Source: an uncultured bacterium (GTDB lineage Bacteria > Babelota > Babeliae > Babelales > Babelaceae). Taken from it: DNA of 64,000 nt. The DNA lies in assembly GCA_963722385.1 (NCBI GenBank), contig CAVRKK010000002.1, positions 416,001 to 480,000 of the forward strand. The letters run 5' to 3'. A program made the position numbers and the translations under genes. Shown piece by piece: positions 31,117 to 39,983 of this stretch. The notes beneath the pieces were generated by a model, which searched no databases, was not told where the DNA came from, and was given only the letters and a program-made list of their open reading frames with translations. Position 1 is the first letter of the stretch; the number at the start of each line of letters is the position of its first letter.

Positions 31117-31734
31117 ATGATACAACGCTATGGGGTAATAGTGATATTAGGCTTTGCGCTTTTTGCAAACGCTGATAACCACTTTCTTAATAATGTGCAC
31201 GCTTATCATATCAAAAAGGCTGAACTTGCAAGTCTTAACAACCCAGCATTTAATGCCTTCGTGGATAAGCTCGCTCGTGAACCATCAAAACTTACCCTAC
31301 AAGATATTTGCAAGCTTCATAACTTGATTTATCGTAGCACAAACAGTCAACAAGCAGGCAAAATACGAACCAGCAAAGTTCGGGTAAATAATATGACGCC
31401 GCCTCAGGCGGCGCGCATCAGGCCTCTCATGCAGCAATTGCTAACCTGGTTGCACCATACTCATGAGCACCCACTTGCAAAAAGCAGCGATTTTCATTTG
31501 AAATTTGTCGATATCCATCCTTTTATCAATGGCAATGGTCGCACAGCTCGAACACTGTTTGCTATATTGCTTCTAAGAAACGGTTATCCGCTACCAACAT
31601 TTTTACCTGAAGAACGAAAAGCCTACGTCAAAGGAATTAATCAGGCATTGATGAAAAAAGATAAAAAACTTTATAACCGTATTATGCTTAATGCGGTCAA
31701 AAGAAGCTTTAAAAATATTAAAGGCAAATATTAA
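31117..31734 (+). CDS. Fic-domain protein with signal peptide
   Basis: HPFINGNGRTAR motif. Confidence 0.9.
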   Translation: MIQRYGVIVILGFALFANADNHFLNNVHAYHIKKAELASLNNPAFNAFVDKLAREPSKLTLQDICKLHNLIYRSTNSQQAGKIRTSKVRVNNMTPPQAARIRPLMQQLLTWLHHTHEHPLAKSSDFHLKFVDIHPFINGNGRTARTLFAILLLRNGYPLPTFLPEERKAYVKGINQALMKKDKKLYNRIMLNAVKRSFKNIKGKY

Positions 31735-31779
31735 CCACTTAATGTTACTATTTTAGCGTTCTACAGACACTTGATGAAT

Positions 31780-32469
31780 TCAGGTTAAAGCTTCTTTGGG
31801 AACACCGCAATATATGCGCGCCTTATGAGCTAATACGCTTCGTCGCTTGAGAATCTCAAATTGATTGAGAAAAGCTTTAATAAGAGAAGCATCATCGAGA
31901 ATTACCACATTTTCCTGGTTACTATCATTGGCTGATCGGGTAAAGTTGAATGAGCCGGTCCATAGGATTGCTCGATTTTGCAGTGTCTTTTTAAACACCA
32001 TAAATTTGTGGTGCATAATGCCAGCTGCTTTATTCTTATTGTTTTTGCCTTGATCGCGTGTTTTAGAATTATAGAGCCACACTGGCAAGCCGCTATCGAT
32101 CAAGTCGCCTACTTTACTATAGGTTCCCTCGCTATTCTCTTGATCAGCAACAAGCTCTACCTTAACCCCACGCTTATGCGCCTCACGCAATGCCCCCGCT
32201 ATATGTCTATTCGTTAATGAAAAGGCAGCCACTGCTATAGATTCTTTTTCTTCTTGTATAAGCGTAATCAGAATATCCTGTACATTATCATCAGGCGAGA
32301 AGAGGGCGCGTTTTATTATGTTATTGTCCCCGCTTGCTGCTAATACCGCAAGCGTGCGATGCGACGCGCTGCCATGCTCCTTTACTTTCCAAGCAGCAAA
32401 GAAAAAGGCGGCGTTAATTGCGCAAAAAACAGCAACCATTGCGCAACGTTGCAAAAAGTGGCGCATCAT
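31780..32469 (-). CDS. Single-domain phospholipase D / Nuc-like protein
   Basis: FSP, MHHKFMVF, WTGSFNFT, NQEN; N-terminal membrane anchor. Confidence 0.9.
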   Translation of the reverse strand: MMRHFLQRCAMVAVFCAINAAFFFAAWKVKEHGSASHRTLAVLAASGDNNIIKRALFSPDDNVQDILITLIQEEKESIAVAAFSLTNRHIAGALREAHKRGVKVELVADQENSEGTYSKVGDLIDSGLPVWLYNSKTRDQGKNNKNKAAGIMHHKFMVFKKTLQNRAILWTGSFNFTRSANDSNQENVVILDDASLIKAFLNQFEILKRRSVLAHKARIYCGVPKEALT

Positions 32470-32606
32470 ATACTTATTCCTATATAGAATTCGTTTTAAT
32501 TAGTGATTAGTATACAAAATTAAGAGCGTTTCTCAACGTCCTTGATTGGGTGGTATTTTGGTCCTCGCAAATTCCGCCAACCTTTAAAGACGATTGCCTT
32601 AAATTG

Positions 32607-33033
32607 AATTGAATCGCCTGCGCGGCGAGCGCCAAAGGGGGTGCCGCCTCCGCTGATCGCTTTTTTACAAAAAGCTGCTACGGACAAGCGTTGCGCTACT
32701 CCGCATCGCTATGTCCTTTGGGATCCCGTAGCGTTGTTGCTTACAAGCTTGGTGTGTGTAGTTATCGTACGCAAAAGCGTACGATAACTTACGCCATTAT
32801 CATGTTCGCTACACTCCATGATAAAAATTTAATATCGCTTTCTATTTTCCGTCAGGAAAATTGCGTTTGCCGTAATCATGCGCCCCGCATGGTTATGGCA
32901 TGAAAAGAGATAAAAGATATAGCAAGTACCGTGAAGCATCAATGGGTGCAGGGCCGCCGCCCTGCTGCCCGCCGCATAGGCGCGCCCGCTGCGTAAGCGT
33001 TCCCGTCATAGCCTTGCCAAAGCCGGCTGCGTA
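32607..33033 (+). repeat. Dispersed structured element, copy C (full length)
   Basis: Contains all modules; hairpins at 32760-32789, 32868-32900 and 32944-32970. Confidence 0.9.
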
Positions 33034-33065
33034 GTCACGCCTGCTGCGTCAGCACTTCAAATTTA

Positions 33066-35840
33066 TTAAGCATGTCCCCGCGCGCCAAAATCTCCCCAGG
33101 CTAGCCAAACACCAGAGACAGGCTCACGAACAACCTGGCCAATGCTCGTGGCGCCCTTAAGATTGAGCACGGTATGCGCTTTATTGAAATATAATTCACC
33201 GTGCGTTTCTGCATCTAGGCGTAAAACCTCAACGGCAGGCTCCTCTCGGACAAACGAGGATCCCGTCAAGAAAGCAACCGCACCATCTGTCGCAAAAAAG
33301 CTTCGATAAAATCCTATATTGAGAAAAAAAGACCTCCCTGCCTTATGAGTAAAATTATCAGGCAGCAGCACTAATGGCTCACGAGCATCCTTATCAAAAA
33401 AATATCGATAGATACGGGCCTGATCATTGGATGCCGACCCACTCACCAGATACACGTTGCCGCCAAACGCAGCATCAAAAGCATACCCCGAAGGCCCAAG
33501 CGCAAACATTCTCGTAACCGCACCAGCACTCGATGGTATGCGTACCTCTTTCCAGTCAGTATTCTTGATATCGTAATCGCATGCCTTACGTGAATAAAAC
33601 AGCCCAGCATCCGTTGCCAATAAAACAATACCATCAGAAACTAACGCATCAAGAAAATACGTATGCTCCCCAAGCTCCTTAGGCCGAACGACCGTTCTAC
33701 CCTTCGCCCGCTTGCCAGACCTCACCGTCTCGGGCGTAAGCTCTATAACCGCACATGCGGTAGGCGTTATTATAATAAGCTTGCCTTGATCAGCACATAC
33801 TGTATGCACGTGCTCATAAGTACCGAGCTTGATAAATTTCATACGCTGGGAAAACCCACTAAAGCCTGATCTTAGGCCTGCTTGCGCGGACCACCCGGTG
33901 CCATCAGGATTCGCCAATACCGCAACGCCACCCGAACCAGCAACAACCAGCCAGCCATATTCCCGATTGGTCACGATGGTAGAAGCAACTATCGGGCCAA
34001 GCTCATTTAATACCCCACCCGTTAAAGAAATTGAATCAACCCCTTCCCTAAAGCCGGCAAGCGACCCTTTGCCTGATTCAAAAAGCCCATTAAACTCTCT
34101 AATCGGCTCAAATAAACCGTGACGGTCATTACCAGTCTCAACCAAAACGACTCGCCGAAATCCTGTCGCTACCAGGAGCGACAGTTGGGTCTCCGCCACC
34201 GTTGAAAACCCAGGGGTTATGGATGAGTATACACGTAAATCTTGAACTTGCGAGGGTACCTGATCGAAAAGTCTGCTTACCCGCTTGGCCAGCGGAAAAT
34301 TCTCATCTTGGCGATTCATAGTATCCCATTGCGAGCGCAGGATATCATATGCCTGCCCATCATCGCCATGCCGCATCTGCCAAAAGCTGCCAGAGATCGG
34401 CTCCAAAGCAAAACCGGCAAGCAATTTATCGGTCCTTAAGGCCGGCTGCCAGCGCGTCCATTGGCTAACCTTCCCTTCGGGGTCAAAGAGTGCCTGAGAA
34501 TGGAAAATACCAGCCTGACCCTCAACGAGAGCAAACACCGCATCCCCTTGCACCGTGAGTTGTATGACCTGACCGGGTAAGCCGCCTTGCCCTACCTGAA
34601 CCTCAGGATCAGCTGGGCATGGCATATGCTCCGGCTTGGTCGCAGGCTCAGTAAAAGCGCGACTTATGAAGGTAAATGGCTCCTGGGAATCATAAAAATC
34701 GACGGGTAGCTGGTCTTTTTTTGCAATCGTCCCCGTCAGGTGCTCTTCAGCACTTTCAACTAGTGGCAACGCCGACACCCTGTAGGCAATAGCGTCATCA
34801 GGGCCAACACCACCAACAACAATCAAATAAGGCAGCCCGGTGGTCGTTCGCATAGACTGGGCACCGTGTATTGCTACGCGAACCGCTGAACCACGGGCAC
34901 CAATGATTCCATTGTCGCTCAGAGCGTCAACAGGAGCAATAGGATAAAATTCAAGCATTCTATTTTTTACGCAACCAACAACAAGAGCGCGGGCTCCATC
35001 ACGTTCATCATCACCACCGACAACATCAAGCGGCACATACAAGCGCTTAACCGGCTCATGCCACAATAAAGGCACCTGATGTGATCCTAAGCTTACCACG
35101 GGGGAACCTATCCTGATGTTGCTGTTTTGGGCATCTAAACGAACAGCCTTATTTTCGCCGATCGCACCCGTGGCTGCATTAAGAAGATTGAGCTTGGGAT
35201 GCTTGACCTTTTTGTCCACAGCCGCTGGCTCGCGATTATAAAAGTAGGCAAGAGCAATATCAAGTGCCGTATCAGCAAGTGCTTGATCATGGGGCCTCAC
35301 ACATGCAAAAACATACGGGTCAGCAGCGGCAATCCCTAAAATCTCCGACGACGCTTGCTGATCGGCATCACGTATCACGGGCGTTTCATACATCCGCATA
35401 GTGGTAATGGTAATTTTGTGATGTTTTTTATCATGTAGGCCGCTATACTCATCAATAAGGCAAAACTTCGCTGGGGCAGCCTTTGTAACGGCGACGGGAT
35501 AATTTTCCATGAAGCACAGATGTTTCATGGCGGCACCTGTTAACGGGTTGGGTTGTTTCTCTTTACCGTTAAGAATTACCTGATTAATCCCGAGAGCACC
35601 AAAGCTTGGCAGGGATTTCCCATCAAATACAAACCCGGCACAGGCAAGAGAATACTCATTGCCTGGAACCTCTTGCTTGGCGCCTACCAACAGCCTTCCC
35701 TGATTTGGCGCAAAAGCAAGCGCCTCAAGCGGAAAGTTAAAAGTGGTTGTTGCGCCATTGCCCTCAAACCGCTGACTGGCAATAAGGCAAATTTGGAACG
35801 CAAGAGAATACAGGAGAATAAATAAAGAAATAATACGCAT
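33066..35840 (-). CDS. Large secreted beta-rich hypothetical protein
   Basis: 924-aa ORF; signal peptide; beta-propeller-like composition. Confidence 0.75.
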   Translation of the reverse strand: MRIISLFILLYSLAFQICLIASQRFEGNGATTTFNFPLEALAFAPNQGRLLVGAKQEVPGNEYSLACAGFVFDGKSLPSFGALGINQVILNGKEKQPNPLTGAAMKHLCFMENYPVAVTKAAPAKFCLIDEYSGLHDKKHHKITITTMRMYETPVIRDADQQASSEILGIAAADPYVFACVRPHDQALADTALDIALAYFYNREPAAVDKKVKHPKLNLLNAATGAIGENKAVRLDAQNSNIRIGSPVVSLGSHQVPLLWHEPVKRLYVPLDVVGGDDERDGARALVVGCVKNRMLEFYPIAPVDALSDNGIIGARGSAVRVAIHGAQSMRTTTGLPYLIVVGGVGPDDAIAYRVSALPLVESAEEHLTGTIAKKDQLPVDFYDSQEPFTFISRAFTEPATKPEHMPCPADPEVQVGQGGLPGQVIQLTVQGDAVFALVEGQAGIFHSQALFDPEGKVSQWTRWQPALRTDKLLAGFALEPISGSFWQMRHGDDGQAYDILRSQWDTMNRQDENFPLAKRVSRLFDQVPSQVQDLRVYSSITPGFSTVAETQLSLLVATGFRRVVLVETGNDRHGLFEPIREFNGLFESGKGSLAGFREGVDSISLTGGVLNELGPIVASTIVTNREYGWLVVAGSGGVAVLANPDGTGWSAQAGLRSGFSGFSQRMKFIKLGTYEHVHTVCADQGKLIIITPTACAVIELTPETVRSGKRAKGRTVVRPKELGEHTYFLDALVSDGIVLLATDAGLFYSRKACDYDIKNTDWKEVRIPSSAGAVTRMFALGPSGYAFDAAFGGNVYLVSGSASNDQARIYRYFFDKDAREPLVLLPDNFTHKAGRSFFLNIGFYRSFFATDGAVAFLTGSSFVREEPAVEVLRLDAETHGELYFNKAHTVLNLKGATSIGQVVREPVSGVWLAWGDFGARGHA

Positions 35841-36029
35841 GGCTGATATCCTAGAAAAAACCTAGATTGTTTTTGTCTTAAGAATAGCGGAAATTAAAAA
35901 TTTGACCATGCTCCTTACAAAAATTTTTGTTTACCTTTTTTCTCGCTTGTCTATTATGGGTTTGTTTGCTTACTTTAATATTACCCCATTTACACAAATA
36001 ATTCTGCACATTTTAATGGTGATAGAATA

Positions 36030-36978
36030 ATGATTACGTATATGAAACTGATAGTATTAATATTAATAGGATATTTCTTGATTATGCCTGTTTATGGGAT
36101 GGAAGGACCGAGAAGGAATAAGCTTGGGGAGCTCAAAAAAGAGAAGGAGAACGAAAATCTTCCAAATCAATCCACTCAAGAAGAGCTTAACAAGAGGTTA
36201 TTCGATGCTGCTAAAACTGGCAGTTTATATAAGGTAAAGAGTTTAATTAATCAAGGTGCTGATGTTAATGCCCAAAATAATAACGGCACGCAGCCTCTTA
36301 ATTTGGCTGCTCAAGAGGGACATTTAGAAGTAGTTAAATGGCTTGTTGAGCATGGTGCCCAGATAAATGAAGAACACAAGGATCAACCTATTATAGCCCA
36401 GTTATTAAAGGGCGAGGATGTACAGCAGAACCAGAATGTAGTCTTTAGAATGATTGCATTAGGAAATAACGATACAGCAAAGAGCGCACTAGCTGAAATA
36501 AGCCACTCAATAAGAAATGATGCGGTATTCTTTAGAGGTAGCAGCAGCTACTAACAATCTATGTATGCTTGAGGAACTTTATACAAGAGCAAGCAATTCT
36601 CCTGGTATTGAGCGAGACCAATTTACAGATATGATTGAGAATACGCTGTATTGGGCAGTAATAGGAAGAAATGAGGAAATAGTAGGCTTTATTCTAGAAA
36701 GAGCTTTTGCATATGCATATGCAAAAGCTCCCGAGCTTAATGTAGAGAGAGTAGGCAGCTTAGCTTTATCACTTACTGCTCGTGCAAGTACACCAGAAGA
36801 TAGATTGGTTTTCGTAAGGATACGAGAAAACTTGGCAACGATTCCTCGATTACTTGTTGCAACTTCTCGTTCACACATGCGAGAAGCACTTAGTAGGCTT
36901 GCATCTATCCTACCACTGCCTACTGAAATAATAGCTCTTATACTCAGCTTTGTTTTAAGGCACAAAAATATTATTTAA
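36030..36978 (+). CDS. Ankyrin-repeat protein with C-terminal F-box-like motif (one frameshift near 36530)
   Basis: GADVNAQNNNGTQPLNLAAQEGHLEVVKWLVEHGA; ORFs 36030-36554 and 36517-36978 overlap out of frame; ends LPLPTEIIALILSF. Confidence 0.75.
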
Positions 36979-37883
36979 CGCGAATTCGATCTAAGCCGGT
37001 AAACCAAAAAAAAGAAAATCGGCTGCAAGAGAGGGCTTTTTTTGCCTAAATGAGTAAGCAATTAAGGCAGAAAAGATGGAGGACAAAAAATTAATTGGGC
37101 TTCTATGTCTGGTATGCTCAATAGAAATAGATGATTTAAGGATGCCGATAGCAGATTCAGCCAACCCGCTCTTTTTAAGCAACAATTTGTCAAAAATATT
37201 CATCAGTATATTCTTCATATTAGTGCGTATTTTGGTAACAAAGTGAACTCCTTTATCATAAAATTCTTGAAATGTATCAGACTTAAGAATATATCCTTTG
37301 TCACCAAAAAGCTTGCCAGTTATTTGCTTTGTTAAGCTATTAAGCACATCATAATTATTATCAGCAATATTGCCTTGAGTTAACAAAAAATCAACAATCT
37401 CGCCAAAATGGTTGAAAACAAGGTGTAATTTAAAACCAAAGAACCAATCAATGCTTGTTTTCCCTCTTTTCGCTATCCCTTTAAAAACTTTGTTGCTGTG
37501 AATTCTTTTGTTGTGGCATACTTTTAGAGACGAGCTGTCTATAAAGGAAATACCCGTGCATTTTCCCAGACATTTCATTCTTAAAAATAGGCTAGAGTGA
37601 GCAATGCGTATTTCATGAGCTCTACGAATCTGTTGTAACTTACTAATTGCTTAAATTCTCCTGTTAACTGTACCAATACATGCTTACAATAATAATCTTT
37701 AAATGTTTTATACCCAGAGCAATGATAATAAATCATAATGGTCATAATCTCACAGAGTTGCAGCCTGCTCTTTCTTTTCCTCTTTTTTCACCTTGCAGAC
37801 AAGCCAGGCATCCACTTTTTTCAACGTCTTCGCAAAAATTCGCAACGTGGTAAAATAGAGTAACGAGCAAAGTACTATCCTTA
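36978..37883 (-). pseudogene. IS982-family transposase remnant with right end
   Basis: FIDSS, WFFGFKLHL, GDKGY, IEHTRHRS; terminal ACGCGAATTCGA at 36978; 5' part frameshifted. Confidence 0.9.
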
Positions 37884-37888
37884 GAATA

Positions 37889-38323
37889 TCAACGTGCTAA
37901 TATTCTATTTTCGCCGCCAGAAACCATCGAGGTTTCTCTTCCTTTTGGATTTTGCGCTTTCACCTTTTTTACGTTTCTTGATTTAACAGCCTCATGTACT
38001 ATTTTTGCAATAGTCTTTAGCGTGGGATTTCCTTTTTTAGAGAAGGCATTATGTACTGTGGCGCGAGCAATATCAGCGCTCTCGGCAACACGCTTCTTAT
38101 TTACCGCAATGAATGAATCGAGAATATTCATAAAATTCTCTGGATCATTATCAATAAGGCATTCCAAAAGCACTTTACCTACAAGCTCTGTATCCCTAAA
38201 TGAGCTTTTCGTATCTACTTCGGGAAGAGATCGAGCAAGCGCTTTGCCAGCGTCACTCCACTTAATTTCCTCCAAATCCTCTAACGAGAAACCGCGCTTT
38301 GTTAATATTCTTTTTTTGCTCAT
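37889..38323 (-). CDS. Addiction-module antidote (HTH)
   Basis: VAESADIARATVHNAFSKKGNPTLKTIAKI; likely start MSKKR. Confidence 0.85.
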   Translation of the reverse strand: MSKKRILTKRGFSLEDLEEIKWSDAGKALARSLPEVDTKSSFRDTELVGKVLLECLIDNDPENFMNILDSFIAVNKKRVAESADIARATVHNAFSKKGNPTLKTIAKIVHEAVKSRNVKKVKAQNPKGRETSMVSGGENRILAR

Positions 38324-38555
38324 TTTTATGTCCACCCAATAATAAGATTATCCCTTTTCTATCAGCATCTTTTATAAAATAAACTCGCCAACCATTTCTC
38401 CAACGCAATTCATACAAACCATTGTTTAGTGATTCTACATCACCTAAATAATTTAAATCTTCTATGCGCCGCATACGGTCTTCAATAATAAGCTGCTCTT
38501 TGCTGGTAAGTTTTTCAAACCATTGCGTATAGCCGGTTTCTTTTTTGATCCTCAC
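38262..38555 (-). CDS. Addiction-module killer protein (RelE-like)
   Basis: GDVESLNNGLYELR...GWRVYF...ILLLGG.K..Q. Confidence 0.88.
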   Translation of the reverse strand: MRIKKETGYTQWFEKLTSKEQLIIEDRMRRIEDLNYLGDVESLNNGLYELRWRNGWRVYFIKDADRKGIILLLGGHKNEQKKNINKARFLVRGFGGN

Positions 38556-38706
38556 GTTTAGCCTATTGCTGCATCATCATGAATTTCACCAATTTGTGTA
38601 TAATATATTATACACATTTCATAGCACAAGGCAACAAGCAAAAAGAACAAACCCGCTTCGAGGTCAGCTATGCGGAACTCCTGTGAGAGTTATGTTTTTT
38701 TATTGT

Positions 38707-38734
38707 AAGCGGGACAGTAGCAACCACCCCGCTT
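38707..38734 (-). terminator. Possible terminator hairpin after the sulfotransferase gene
   Basis: AAGCGGG...CCCGCTT inverted repeat. Confidence 0.4.
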
Positions 38735-38750
38735 TATGCTCATTAAAAAC

Positions 38751-39674
38751 CTACCAGTCAAGATTTGCCTCATAACCGAGATCAATCAGGAGCTGGCCCG
38801 CAATCTCTTTGAATTTTTCTTTATGCTCAGGCTTAAAGTGCCTCTTCCAGCTGCCTATTTGCCCCTTTCTAAAGGTTGCGGTGCCGCCAAATAAACTTTT
38901 TGAGCACCTTTTGAGCTTGTCTACCCGCCGCGATACATTAAGGTGCTTTGCAATGTTATAAAGCTCTTTGAATTGCAGGCTTTGCTTGCCGCCCCCTCGA
39001 GCACCCACCAAGTTTTCAAAGCGCACCGTATAAAAGCGAGGATGGCTCAGCCATGGCAAGAATGGTTGATAATAATCTTTGATGCCTTTAATGCGCTCCA
39101 TAAGCACCTCATTAAAGTAAGACGGATCAGCCTTATAGCGAGCTGCCTCTTCTGGATGCGCCTCCGGGCGCAATACGATCCAGTAGGTCATTGACACCAG
39201 TTGGTCGCGTGGATCCCGCATCATAAGCAAGCCCTTGAACTTATTATTGCTAAAAAATTCCCCGGCTTGCGGCGTATGCCGTATATGTCCACGGTATATT
39301 TCGTGATGCTGATTACGTGGCAATGCTGCAGCACCCACGTCGGTAAATTCACTCACATTGATAATGTCTCTCCCCGTCAAATGTCTTAAGCACTTAGCCA
39401 TCATATGAGTCCCCGATTTAGGAATAGTTACCGCAAAGATGTCTTTCATCGGCAACTTTTTCTGAGGCTTATTTGGCATATGCTTTTTAATGATACGCGG
39501 TTGCTTAACAAGTGGCGGCTTATAAGTCTTTTTTTTCGGCTTCTGGTTGATAGGCTTTTTACCGTTGGCCTGCACCGTAGACTTCTTTTTATTCAGCTTG
39601 TTTACTTTGACTGGCACGGCACCAAGTGAGCCAACACCACCAACAAGCACTATCAGTAGAGCTTTCCTGAACAT
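38751..39674 (-). CDS. Secreted sulfotransferase-domain protein
   Basis: 5'-PSB PKSGT, 3'-PB RDPRD, RFENL, FRKG..G.WK; signal peptide followed by a Lys-rich stretch. Confidence 0.88.
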   Translation of the reverse strand: MFRKALLIVLVGGVGSLGAVPVKVNKLNKKKSTVQANGKKPINQKPKKKTYKPPLVKQPRIIKKHMPNKPQKKLPMKDIFAVTIPKSGTHMMAKCLRHLTGRDIINVSEFTDVGAAALPRNQHHEIYRGHIRHTPQAGEFFSNNKFKGLLMMRDPRDQLVSMTYWIVLRPEAHPEEAARYKADPSYFNEVLMERIKGIKDYYQPFLPWLSHPRFYTVRFENLVGARGGGKQSLQFKELYNIAKHLNVSRRVDKLKRCSKSLFGGTATFRKGQIGSWKRHFKPEHKEKFKEIAGQLLIDLGYEANLDW

Positions 39675-39983
39675 AAGATTTCCCCCCTTGTGTTCTCTGT
39701 GATTCTTATTACTGATAGCATAACTCTTTGGATTAAATAAAAGCAATCTTTTAAATACAAATTACACTTAAACAAGCCTATAAGCACTATTTTCCGCGCA
39801 ATCGAACATCTATATACAAATTTTCAACTTGCCAATTAAGCGATGGCGCAACCTGCGCTTGTTTCAGAAAATTAGCGCCAAGCTGTGCATCCAGCCGGCA
39901 AGGAAAGAATAATCAGAAATGTTGACGGAGAGAAAATTATATTTTAAGATCTTATTAATTTTTGAACATAAGGATGTTGAGCG

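Noticed and set aside
32778..32803. dif/pdif site reading of GATAA-N9-TTATC
   Set aside because: The spacer is 9 bp rather than 6, and there is no TTATGTTAAAT XerD arm.
23076..33033. CRISPR array or integron attC interpretation of the palindromic repeats
   Set aside because: Copies are kilobases apart in both orientations among core genes. No regular spacers, cas or intI gene, and no RYYYAAC/GTTRRRY boxes.
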